A DNA stretch of 64,000 nt from contig JASFHL010000003.1 of NCBI GenBank assembly GCA_050123235.1, forward strand, positions 50,077-114,076, written 5' to 3'. The stretch is from Candidatus Woesebacteria bacterium (lineage in GTDB: Bacteria > Patescibacteriota > Microgenomatia > UBA1400 > PJMF01). This document shows, one piece after another, positions 49,972-59,506 of this stretch (positions within the stretch are counted from its first letter, which is position 1; each line of letters opens with the position of its first letter). The notes under the pieces were generated by a model, which had not been told where the DNA came from, made no database searches, and was given only the letters and a program-made list of their open reading frames with translations. The translations under genes and the position numbers were made by a program.

Positions 49972-51207
49972 TTAATAATTCACATGGAGATAATAAGTGC
50001 TAATGCCATCTTCTTTATGTTTAACCTTAACATAGCGCAAGTAACCACCACCACAAGCAATACTACCTCGATAAAGTTCACCTTCTCTAACTGCTTTGAC
50101 AGTATAATCTGAGCTTGTTTTACTAACTAAATCAATGCCTGAATGGGGCAAACCACCATAGTAACGTTTAACTCTAGCGTAGTAGGTCATACCATAGCCT
50201 TGAGTAACTCTAGCAGCATTATTAACTGGCCATTGCCAACTACCACTGAAACCAAAAGGTCCATCTGGGCTATTGTCCCAATTGATACTTTCACTTTTTA
50301 AATAAGAAGCTGGATCTCTATGAGCACCATCTTTAACTATCTCAAAATGTAAATGAGTACCAGTAGAACAAGCACTAGCTCCAGCAATAATTGAAGCAAT
50401 TTTTTCACCTTCTTTAACATCTTTAACCTTAGTTTCTGTACCTCTGCCAGCAATAATTGATTGGATAGCTTTTAATTCACCCAGGGTTTTAGCCAATTCT
50501 TGCTGATAACGAGCTTCGTTATTTTGAGTTTCCTGCAAAAGATACTGTTGCTCTTGTTTTCTCTTGGTTAAAGTATTCTGCTGAACCTCTAAAACTTGCT
50601 TTTTTCCCTCAAGTTCTGTTTGCTTTTCCTCTTTAAGGGTTTTTTGTTCGTGATAAGTTAAACGCTGAGTTTCAGCCAATTGCATTGCTCGAGCAGTTTG
50701 TTCTTCTGCTTTTCTTAGATAATAAAGATTGGCAATTAATTTATTAAGTGACTTTTCTTTAACTAAAATAGTCAAATCAAGACTGCTGGCTTTTTGCTTA
50801 TAATCAGCTTGTACTCTTTCAATCAAAATATTGGTCAGGCGATCGAGTGATAAACCCAAACCATTGATTCGATCAGTCAATACCTTAATTTCCTTTTCCA
50901 ATTTGTTGATTTCAGAGATAGTTTGCTCTATTTGTAATTGCTGAAGAGAAATTTCTCCATTGATAATATTGATTGTATTGGTCAGAGTGATGCTAGCATC
51001 TTGAGCTTCTTTAATTTTCCGCTCCAAGCAGGCTTGCTTTTCTTTATTACAATTTAAATAAGCATCTTCATCTTGAGTATCCCTAGAACAAACAATCTTA
51101 TCGCAATTTTCAGCAATCACAAGAGGAACTAGGACTCTCAAGCGAAAGACAGCCATGAAAAAAACAAAAATGAGACTAGAAATAAAAAAGATAGTCCTTT
51201 TTTTCAT
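49972..51207 (-). CDS. Coiled-coil murein hydrolase/activator with M23-like domains (FtsEX partner)
   Basis: Long coiled coil, STGTHLHFE, HSGIDL; downstream of ftsEX. Confidence 0.8.
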   Translation of the reverse strand: MKKRTIFFISSLIFVFFMAVFRLRVLVPLVIAENCDKIVCSRDTQDEDAYLNCNKEKQACLERKIKEAQDASITLTNTINIINGEISLQQLQIEQTISEINKLEKEIKVLTDRINGLGLSLDRLTNILIERVQADYKQKASSLDLTILVKEKSLNKLIANLYYLRKAEEQTARAMQLAETQRLTYHEQKTLKEEKQTELEGKKQVLEVQQNTLTKRKQEQQYLLQETQNNEARYQQELAKTLGELKAIQSIIAGRGTETKVKDVKEGEKIASIIAGASACSTGTHLHFEIVKDGAHRDPASYLKSESINWDNSPDGPFGFSGSWQWPVNNAARVTQGYGMTYYARVKRYYGGLPHSGIDLVSKTSSDYTVKAVREGELYRGSIACGGGYLRYVKVKHKEDGISTYYLHVNY

Positions 51208-51279
51208 TAAAACCTTAATTATGAAATAGTATAACGCATAACTAGACTTTCAGTAGAATAAGGAAAAGCTCGCCAAAGT

Positions 51280-52149
51280 CTATTTTTTGATCAATCTAGC
51301 AACTGCAATTAAACTAGCAAAAGCTGACAATAAAATTCCAGCTGCAGTGCCAATGACTAATTGATAAACAAAAATACTCCAATGAATTGGCCAAGAAATG
51401 ATGCTGCTTAAAAAACCCCGGAGTAAAGGACTAGCATAAAGGAAACCTAGCAACATCAAGCCCCAACCAAAGAGAGAACTCAGCACTGAGTAGATTACAA
51501 CTTCAAGTAAAAAAGGAGCAAAAATAAAAGATTTACTTGCCCCAATAATACTCATTACTGCAATGCTGTTTTTCTTATTAGAAATTTTAAGACCTAAAAT
51601 AATAATCAGCAGCAAAAAAGAAGTCACAGCCAAAATTATTACACTCACAATTCCTGTCATTCTCAAAAATGAAGCCCAGTTATTGAGTGCCTTAATAATA
51701 TCTTGCTGTAAAACTACATCTTCGATTTCTGAATAAGCCTCCAAATCTTTCTCTACTTTAGTTAAATACTCTAGTTCAGTAGCTGAAACTTCAATACTAG
51801 CAGGCAAGATATCTGCTGTTACCAATTCTAAAAGCAGGGGATTACTTTTATAATCTTCTTGATAAATATTTAGAGCTTCTTCCTTGGTCACGATGGTAAC
51901 AGTTTCTGTATAATCCTTAGCTTCCATCTCAGCAGCAATTTCTTTGATTTCTTGAGTTTCTGTACTAAGATGGAAAAAGGCAATTACTTCTGGTCTAGTT
52001 TCAAAAAATTGAACAATAGCTTTAGCACCGAGCATGGTCAAAGAAAATGTGTAAGCTACAAAAAAAGTAATTGTAATCATTAAGACAGCTACCATCGCTT
52101 GGTAGGGGGTACGTCGAATATTAGTGAGTGCTGTGTTTAAAGCTTTCAT
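51280..52149 (-). CDS. ftsX: Cell division permease FtsX
   Basis: Four-TM topology, LPASIEV, MSIIGASKSFIFAPFLLE. Confidence 0.88.
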   Translation of the reverse strand: MKALNTALTNIRRTPYQAMVAVLMITITFFVAYTFSLTMLGAKAIVQFFETRPEVIAFFHLSTETQEIKEIAAEMEAKDYTETVTIVTKEEALNIYQEDYKSNPLLLELVTADILPASIEVSATELEYLTKVEKDLEAYSEIEDVVLQQDIIKALNNWASFLRMTGIVSVIILAVTSFLLLIIILGLKISNKKNSIAVMSIIGASKSFIFAPFLLEVVIYSVLSSLFGWGLMLLGFLYASPLLRGFLSSIISWPIHWSIFVYQLVIGTAAGILLSAFASLIAVARLIKK

Positions 52150-53180
52150 TTTGTTGATTTTTTCTTTCCAAAGACTGATTTAATTTTTTTAAAACCTAAT
52201 TTTAATCTTGTCTTTTTTTTGCTTGCTTCTTCAGTTTTATCTTCTTGATCTTTACTAACTTCTGAGCTTGCTTTTTCTTCATTTGTCTCGCTTTCTTCAT
52301 CTACTACTTCTAAAACTAGTTTTCTTTTGCCAGATTTTTTAGCTTTTTTACTTTTTTCTTCTTTCTCAGTTTTACTGCTTTGCTCATCATCTTTTTTGGC
52401 TTCTTTCTTTGATTCAAGTTGAGCTTCCTCCTTATCTTCTTTTTTTGCTGGCTCATGCTCGTCATCGCTGTTCAAATCTAAAACTTTTTTAGCCTTTATT
52501 TTTAGTTTAGCTTTATCAGCTGTGTCTTTGACTTTTTGACCTTGATCAAGAGATATTTTGCGATATTTATTTAAAGAATCTAGCACCACTGAATCGTGAG
52601 TGGCTAATAAAAGAGTAGTTCCTAGATCATTGATCTTTTTTAAAATCTTAATAATACCTTGGCTAGTATCAGGATCAAGATTACCAGTTGGTTCGTCAGC
52701 AAAAATAAGTTTAGGGCCAGTGGCTAAAGCTCTGGCAATGCTAATTCGTTGAGCCTCCCCACCAGAAAGCTGATTAGGAAACACTAAGGCTTTATCCGTC
52801 AAAGAAACGAGTTTGAGTAAATCAGTCACTCTAGTTTCTATTTCACTCTGACTTTTACCAATAATATATAGTGGTAGAGCAATGTTCTCCCAAACATTCA
52901 AATCAGGAATTAATTTGTAATCTTGAAAAACCACTCCAATTTTACGTCTATGATGAGGAATTTGAGATTTTTTAAGTTCTTGAACAGCTTGATCCAAAAA
53001 AATAATCTCACCACTACTAGGTAGGTATTCTCTTATTAAGAGTTTCATTAAAGTAGTTTTACCACTTCCGGAAGGACCGGTGATCAAAACTAACTCTCCT
53101 GGATCAACAGCAAAATCTACATCTTGGATGGCAATAGTGCCATTGGGGAATTGTTTACTAACATCAGAAAATCTAATCAT
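52146..53180 (-). CDS. ftsE: Cell division ATPase FtsE with charged C-terminal extension
   Basis: GPSGSGKTT, RRKIGVVFQDYKL, LSGGEAQR, ADEPTGNLD. Confidence 0.9.
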   Translation of the reverse strand: MIRFSDVSKQFPNGTIAIQDVDFAVDPGELVLITGPSGSGKTTLMKLLIREYLPSSGEIIFLDQAVQELKKSQIPHHRRKIGVVFQDYKLIPDLNVWENIALPLYIIGKSQSEIETRVTDLLKLVSLTDKALVFPNQLSGGEAQRISIARALATGPKLIFADEPTGNLDPDTSQGIIKILKKINDLGTTLLLATHDSVVLDSLNKYRKISLDQGQKVKDTADKAKLKIKAKKVLDLNSDDEHEPAKKEDKEEAQLESKKEAKKDDEQSSKTEKEEKSKKAKKSGKRKLVLEVVDEESETNEEKASSEVSKDQEDKTEEASKKKTRLKLGFKKIKSVFGKKKSTK

Positions 53181-53272
53181 ACACTAGTTATTAAAGCATT
53201 AAAAAGGGATGGAATTCAATAGAAGCTTGCTCATTAGACTTGTAGCAAAATAAAATTTAATAGCCTGCTAGG

Positions 53273-53977
53273 CTATTCTTCAACTGGAGCTTCACCGTCG
53301 ACATTAAGTACCTCAACTCGACCAACATCCATCAGCCAACCAGCCTTTTGAGCTTTAAAAGTTTCACCTGCTACTTTGACATTCATACCTACAAACTTAT
53401 CAAGATCTGTAGTGGAAGAAGTTAGATAAACGGTTTGTGATTCACCACCGGGACGGAGTAGACGATGAGAGCCTTCATCTTCAATACCACCAGATTCTAG
53501 ATAACCCTCTGCTTTGTCGTCACCAAAAATGCTTTCGTCTTTGACACCATAAACATCACCATTTTTAATGGTATCACCAGCCACCCGTTGCTCTATTTCC
53601 ACTGAACCACTCCCAGATCGAGATTTGCTTCTCAACTTATATGCCCCAACGCCTGTGGCTGTTCCAGCAACAATTGAGATAACAGTAATTAACAATAAAA
53701 TTTGTTTAGATTTTTTTCTCATATCTCTCCTATCTATTTTCTCAGCCTCTGCTGCTTGCAGATCTTTTAATTTAAGTGAAGAGCTTTGATTGTCTCCGAC
53801 AACTTTTGTTTCGTCAATATCTGTTTCTTTAGTTGTTTTACCTTGAATCGGATTTTCTGCATTTTTTGTTTTGGAATGAAAATATATTTTCTTCATAGAT
53901 CTATCATAAAAGTTATTACAAAATAAGAAAAGAGTTAATTTTAAATAACTTTTGATCTTTAAATAAGATTTAACCAC
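53273..53977 (-). CDS. Hypothetical single-TM protein (start uncertain)
   Basis: TM followed by an OB-fold-like C-terminus. Confidence 0.65.
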   Translation of the reverse strand: MVKSYLKIKSYLKLTLFLFCNNFYDRSMKKIYFHSKTKNAENPIQGKTTKETDIDETKVVGDNQSSSLKLKDLQAAEAEKIDRRDMRKKSKQILLLITVISIVAGTATGVGAYKLRSKSRSGSGSVEIEQRVAGDTIKNGDVYGVKDESIFGDDKAEGYLESGGIEDEGSHRLLRPGGESQTVYLTSSTTDLDKFVGMNVKVAGETFKAQKAGWLMDVGRVEVLNVDGEAPVEE

Positions 53978-54017
53978 ATCTACTACAGAGGAAATTTAAG
54001 GTCGCTGTCTACAAGAG

Positions 54018-55202
54018 TTATTTTCTGAGCAATCGAATTTCTGCCTCAATAAAATCATCTAATTCTCCATCTAAAACAGCTTCAACATCTGAACTTTCTA
54101 CTTTAGTTCTGAGATCTTTGATTAATTTATATGGATGTAAAACATAATTGCGAATCTGAGTGCCCCAGCTAGCATGTTGATGCTGACCTTTAGCTTGCTG
54201 AAGCGCTGCAGCTTGGCTTTCTTCTTCTATTTTAGCTAATTTTGCCTTGAGCATTTTCAAAGCTTTTTCTTTATTTTGTACCTGAGATCTCTCTTCACGA
54301 CACTTCACCACAATCCCAGTGGGTTTATGGCTTAGTTCTACAGCAGTATTAAGCTTGTTCACAGACTGGCCACCAGCTCCACCTGCTCGAGTAAAGTGCC
54401 AAGATAGATCTGTTTCTTTGATCTCAATCTCTTGCTCAGCAGTTAAAACTGGTAACACTTCAACCAAAGCAAAAGAAGTTTGCCTTAAATTATCTGCATT
54501 AAAAGGACTCAACCTAACCAGTCGATGAGTGCCTTGCTCAGCCTTGAGTTTGCCATAAGCATAAGGGACAATTACTTCAAAGCTAACTTCTTTAATTCCA
54601 GCTTCATCACCTCTAGATTCTGTCAAAAACTTATATTTCCAATCTTTTTTTTCAAAAAATTTAAGATACATTCTTTGCAGCATCTCTGCCCAATCCATAG
54701 CCTCAGTACCACCTTGACCAGCGTGAATAGATAAAATTGCATGGCAATGATCGTATTTACCGTTTAAATATTGTTGAATTTCTAGTTCCCGAATTAATTT
54801 TTCAGCCTGGGCAATTGTTTTTTTAATTTCTTGTTTTAGTTCTTGCTTTTCAAGCTTGCTTTTCTTATCAAGCTGCTTACTAATCGTTGAGCTTTGTTTA
54901 ACTGACCGGTTAGAAGCTAGATCACTATCTAGTTTTTGACCAGATTCTGCTAGTAACTCTTTTGAAGCCTTAAGATCTTCAAGCAACTGAGTCAATTCCT
55001 CCATTTTTGCCAAGATTGACTGTAAAATAGAGATTTCTTGCATTACTTGCTGTGAGCTATCCTTTTCCCAGAAATTGGACACTAAAGTTTGCTTCTCTAA
55101 ATCAGCTAGTTCTGCTTTTTTAACCGGAAGATTAAGATCAAGCAATAAATCAGAAGCTTGAGAAATAAGCTCATCGAGCTTGGATGATTTAATTTGAGAC
55201 AT
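54018..55202 (-). CDS. prfB: Peptide chain release factor 2 (no programmed frameshift)
   Basis: [17 protein letters not shown] (SPF), [18 protein letters not shown]; continuous ORF. Confidence 0.93.
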   Translation of the reverse strand: MSQIKSSKLDELISQASDLLLDLNLPVKKAELADLEKQTLVSNFWEKDSSQQVMQEISILQSILAKMEELTQLLEDLKASKELLAESGQKLDSDLASNRSVKQSSTISKQLDKKSKLEKQELKQEIKKTIAQAEKLIRELEIQQYLNGKYDHCHAILSIHAGQGGTEAMDWAEMLQRMYLKFFEKKDWKYKFLTESRGDEAGIKEVSFEVIVPYAYGKLKAEQGTHRLVRLSPFNADNLRQTSFALVEVLPVLTAEQEIEIKETDLSWHFTRAGGAGGQSVNKLNTAVELSHKPTGIVVKCREERSQVQNKEKALKMLKAKLAKIEEESQAAALQQAKGQHQHASWGTQIRNYVLHPYKLIKDLRTKVESSDVEAVLDGELDDFIEAEIRLLRK

Positions 55203-55259
55203 AGAGGCTTTATTTAGATTAGGCTTTGTGCTAGTTTATTAAATTGTTTCTATATTCAC

Positions 55260-55359
55260 TAGAATAATATTTTAAAAGCGAAGCCATTGCGTTACAGAGT
55301 TTCTGCAAAGCAGAAGAACATTCTGGCGAGAGTGGGTGAGTCTTTAAAATATTATTCTA
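55260..55359. repeat. Dispersed hairpin element family B, copy 2
   Basis: 17-bp perfect arms tagaataatattttaaa/tttaaaatattattcta; 59-bp identity with copy 1. Confidence 0.9.
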
Positions 55360-55389
55360 CTAAATATAAACACCCATATTTTAATTTAA

Positions 55390-57291
55390 CTACCAAAAAC
55401 TAAGTAATTCATCTGTCTGCAACAAAACATTTTTTGTCTTACCCCTGTATTCTACTGAATAATCACTAGCAGGTAAACCTGATTGTTTTTGAATTAATAG
55501 ATTTGGATCCTGATCAAAACTATCTGCCAAATCAAATTCAACTAGCAATTTATCTGTTTCTTTTTCTTTAACAACTATTAAAAAACCAGTTTGTTTAAAA
55601 AGTTCTCCTTTACTATTACTAATAGTCTCTTGATCAAGTTCTTTTATAGTTTGGCCATTAAAAATTACTTTATTCACTGTCAATGAAGGGTGAGTGATTA
55701 AACGCTGGTAATTAATATATGCCAAATGATCTGCTGCTAATAAATATGGGTTTTTTGCTTGGCGTTTAACAGGAGGAGAGTTATTGTTAGTAAAATCAAG
55801 TTCTAATAGCATTTTTTGATCAGTGATTTTAATTCTTACTGTTCGAGTGATGGCTTTATTGGCTTTATTCACCCCTACATTTGACTCTAGCAGTAATAAA
55901 GATCTAAAAGATTTAGAATCTGCCCCAGATTCCAGAACTTCTAAAGCCTGCTGTGACCATTGTGAAACTGCCTCTGTTTTCAAAAAATCAATACCTGAGG
56001 GGCGATAGGGAGAACTTTGTGAAAATTTTAAAATAGGAGCCAAAGGAATTTTGAAATGATGGCTGATCTGCCCAACTACAGCATGTTTTTCAAAGATTGT
56101 CTGAATTTCTTCATTATTTGAATAAAATTGTAAATCTTTTTTTATTAAGCTATTGAGTATTAATTTTAAAACCGCCATCTGCTGATCTTGATTAGCTTCA
56201 GCTAGGCGAAACTTCAATTGATTAAAGACTATTGATAAAAAATGTTGTTTTGCCTGGCTACCTGGAAAAAACAAGTTTCTCTCTACTCTGGCCAATTCAT
56301 CAAAATTGTCACTACGCACTTCTATTTGATAATCTGGCAAATAAATTGGTTCAAAAATAGCAATTAAATCTTTGGCTAAGCTTAAATTAAGAGCGATGAC
56401 GCCTTCGACGTTTTCTTGCTTACCTTTGGCAAAATAGTATAAAACTTGACGGCTACTAGTTGGAAAATCAGCATGCCAGTTAGAATCAGGTAACAGCATT
56501 CCTTGACCACCGCTAAGGTACTGCTCTACTCCCTTTGGGGCTTTAACTATACCTTGAAATTGCCCAGCTGGTTCGTAAATATCTTGAATTTCTAAGTCTG
56601 CGATATGACCTTCTTTGAGATTTAATCGAGCAAATGAGCCCATAAAACCTCCTGTAGCTCTGATTTCCTGGCTATTTTGAAATAAAATTAAATAATTGCG
56701 CTCTCCAGTTAAAAAGTGTCTTATTAACTTCTCAGCATCCTCGATTAAGACGGCTGAGTTTTCAAAAAATTGTTTTTTAAATAAACGCTGTATTAAAAAT
56801 GATTTTTTAAGATTATACTGGAGTTTTGTCCAATCCTGTTTAAATTTATCAACTAAAGTTTCTAGTTTTATTTGAGCTTCTTGATCTTCTTTCTTAGAAA
56901 TAGTGACTGCAGATTGATCTAGAAAATCAGTGATATTTTGAGCCACAGATTCTTGAATAAGAGCAGCATCAATAATTAATATCAAAGATTGTTGCCAGCT
57001 TTCTAGTTCTGGGCTGAGTTTTAATGTTAAGATTGAGACTGATTTAGGGAAAAAGCTAGCTCTTTTGGCAAATTTGGCTGCCTTATTAAAATTTAATTTT
57101 TTCAAATATTTTACAGTTTGCTTAGTATAAAAAAGGGAAATTAGAAAAGATAGAAAAAAAGAAAAAATTAACAAGCATAACAAGCACTTACTTAACATTT
57201 TTTTTTCTTTTTTGATTAAAAAAAGTGAACGTTTAAATTTAGGCTGCCATCTAGCAAACAGTTGGTATTTTTCTTTGTCCATTTTAATCAT
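55390..57291 (-). CDS. DUF4012-like membrane-anchored protein
   Basis: YLILFQNSQEIRATGGFMGS, DSNWHADFPTS, ESNVGVNKAN. Confidence 0.82.
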   Translation of the reverse strand: MIKMDKEKYQLFARWQPKFKRSLFLIKKEKKMLSKCLLCLLIFSFFLSFLISLFYTKQTVKYLKKLNFNKAAKFAKRASFFPKSVSILTLKLSPELESWQQSLILIIDAALIQESVAQNITDFLDQSAVTISKKEDQEAQIKLETLVDKFKQDWTKLQYNLKKSFLIQRLFKKQFFENSAVLIEDAEKLIRHFLTGERNYLILFQNSQEIRATGGFMGSFARLNLKEGHIADLEIQDIYEPAGQFQGIVKAPKGVEQYLSGGQGMLLPDSNWHADFPTSSRQVLYYFAKGKQENVEGVIALNLSLAKDLIAIFEPIYLPDYQIEVRSDNFDELARVERNLFFPGSQAKQHFLSIVFNQLKFRLAEANQDQQMAVLKLILNSLIKKDLQFYSNNEEIQTIFEKHAVVGQISHHFKIPLAPILKFSQSSPYRPSGIDFLKTEAVSQWSQQALEVLESGADSKSFRSLLLLESNVGVNKANKAITRTVRIKITDQKMLLELDFTNNNSPPVKRQAKNPYLLAADHLAYINYQRLITHPSLTVNKVIFNGQTIKELDQETISNSKGELFKQTGFLIVVKEKETDKLLVEFDLADSFDQDPNLLIQKQSGLPASDYSVEYRGKTKNVLLQTDELLSFW

Positions 57292-57327
57292 CTCGAATTA
57301 TAGTATACAGTTTAATTAATTTGAGAT

Positions 57328-58071
57328 GTGTATAATAAAATCATGTCCAAAAAAAATAACAATGTAACTTTGTATATTTTACACGGCTGGATTGTTGATC
57401 CAAAAATTGAAAGTCGTTGGCAGAATTTTATTGACTTGCTTAAAAAAGCCAAAATTAAAGTCAAGTTTTTAAAATTGCCAGGTCTATCGAGTCAGTCTAA
57501 TAAAGTTTGGACACTAAATAATTATCTATCTTGGCTTAAAAAAGAAATTGCAGACTCGAAAAAGATCATTCTTCTAGGTCATTCCTTTGGTGGACAATTA
57601 GCTATTCGTTTTGCTGCCACTTACCCAGAAAAAGTTGATAAACTAATTTTAATTGCTAGCTCAGGTATTAGAGATCATTCCCTTAAAGCAATTTTAAAAA
57701 GAAAATTCTTTTTAGTGCTAGCCAAAACTGCAAAATTTGTTTTTAAGGATCATGCTTTTAAAAAAATTCTTTACATACTTACAGGCGAACGTGACTACTA
57801 CAATGCTCCTGCTAATATGAAAAAAACTATGGTCAATATACTGGAAGATGAAATCATAGCTGATTTGGATAAAATTCAAGCTCCGACCTTAATAGTTTGG
57901 GGAGAGCATGATCAAGCCACACCTCTAAAAAATGCCTATTTTAAAAAAGAAAAAATCAAAAACAGTCAATTAAAAATAATTAAAGGAGCTAGACATTCAC
58001 CAATGTATACTCATGCTCAGACTACAGCTAAGCTGGTAATTGCTTTTTTGAAAAAAAATAAATATGAATAA
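57328..58071 (+). CDS. Alpha/beta hydrolase
   Basis: ILHGW, GHSFGG, WGEHD, ARHSP. Confidence 0.9.
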   Translation: MYNKIMSKKNNNVTLYILHGWIVDPKIESRWQNFIDLLKKAKIKVKFLKLPGLSSQSNKVWTLNNYLSWLKKEIADSKKIILLGHSFGGQLAIRFAATYPEKVDKLILIASSGIRDHSLKAILKRKFFLVLAKTAKFVFKDHAFKKILYILTGERDYYNAPANMKKTMVNILEDEIIADLDKIQAPTLIVWGEHDQATPLKNAYFKKEKIKNSQLKIIKGARHSPMYTHAQTTAKLVIAFLKKNKYE

Positions 58072-59506
58072 ATCCCACTATCTACTGAGCATCATTGCTT
58101 TTTTACCTTTTATTTTTTTAAGGTTGGCTCGTTGGTTAGCAATTATCCAACAAAAAGAGTACCGGCTTGATCGTTTTCTTTTATTTTTGAAATCTGATGA
58201 AGGTAAAAAGGATTTTCTCAAATTACTGCCAAAAGCTCATGAGCTCAACCGTAGCGGCCTAAAAAGACCTGTGCTCACAAAGAGAATTTTATTAGTGGCC
58301 ATGCTAACAACTCTTATCACAGCTGGCATATTATTAGTTGACACGCTTTACCCAATTTTTATCTTAATTATATTTTTAATTTATCTACTCTTACCATTGA
58401 TAATTTTTATAGCCACTCTGCCTACTGCCTTAGTTTTTGAATTAACTGCAAGAAAAAAATTGAATCAAGCTGCTACCAAAATAAAGGCTGCTAAACCTCT
58501 CATTATTGGTATCACTGGTAGCTATGGTAAAACTACTACTAAACTCATTTTAGCCCATGTTCTTAAACAAAAATTTAAAACCTTTGCTACTGAAAAATCA
58601 TTTAACACTAAATATAGTCTGCCGCTAAGTATTCTAAAAAACTATCATGGACAAGAAATTGCCATTATTGAATACGCAGCTTATACGCAAGGAGAAATAA
58701 AGTTTCTAACAAAATATTTTAAACCAAATATAACCATTATTACTGGCCTGACTGCCCAACACCTTGGACTCTTTGGAACTGTAGATAATATTATCCAAGC
58801 CAAGGCTGAACTAATTAGGGCTCTGGATGATAAATCATTAGTTTTTTGTAATGCCATTGATCTAGGAAGCAAGCAAATCTGTCAAGCTGGTGCTGCTACA
58901 AAAAGTATAGCTTTTTCTGGTGATGAGGCTGTAGTTAAAATTAAGGATGTTGGACTAAATGAACGTGCTGAGCTTTATTTCACTTGGAAAGGTCAAAAAA
59001 TCCAAACAAAATTAATTGGTGAGCATTATTTGGACGCTATCAAAGCTAGCATTGCTGTAGCTAAACATTTAAAAATGACTGATCAAGATATTACCAAAGC
59101 TCTTAAAAGTCTCAAAGTAACTGATTACATGATCAAGTTAAAAAAAGGTAAAAATCAAAGTTTAATCATTGATGACGGTAAAACTTCCAACCCCACTGGT
59201 TTTAAAGCAGCTTTAGATATCCTGCAACAATTCTCAAATAAAAAAATAGTTCTAATTACTAGTGGCATAGTTGATTTGGGCAAGCTTTCTAGTGAGATTC
59301 ATATGGAAATTGCGAGCAAGGCAGAAAAAATTGTTGATTTATTGTTATACACAGGGCTGGATGGCCAAGAGGAATTTAAATCAGTTTTTGGAGCGCGTTT
59401 TGAAAATCAAAAAACAGTAATCAAAAATTCTATTCAGTATTTTGATGAAAATACTGTCATATTAATTGAAGGACATATTCCACAATGGGTGAGAAAAGAA
59501 TTATGA
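58064..59506 (+). CDS. murF: Mur ligase (MurF-like) with N-terminal TMs
   Basis: IGITGSYGKTTTK, SFNT, IIDDGKTSNP. Confidence 0.75.
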   Translation: MNKSHYLLSIIAFLPFIFLRLARWLAIIQQKEYRLDRFLLFLKSDEGKKDFLKLLPKAHELNRSGLKRPVLTKRILLVAMLTTLITAGILLVDTLYPIFILIIFLIYLLLPLIIFIATLPTALVFELTARKKLNQAATKIKAAKPLIIGITGSYGKTTTKLILAHVLKQKFKTFATEKSFNTKYSLPLSILKNYHGQEIAIIEYAAYTQGEIKFLTKYFKPNITIITGLTAQHLGLFGTVDNIIQAKAELIRALDDKSLVFCNAIDLGSKQICQAGAATKSIAFSGDEAVVKIKDVGLNERAELYFTWKGQKIQTKLIGEHYLDAIKASIAVAKHLKMTDQDITKALKSLKVTDYMIKLKKGKNQSLIIDDGKTSNPTGFKAALDILQQFSNKKIVLITSGIVDLGKLSSEIHMEIASKAEKIVDLLLYTGLDGQEEFKSVFGARFENQKTVIKNSIQYFDENTVILIEGHIPQWVRKEL

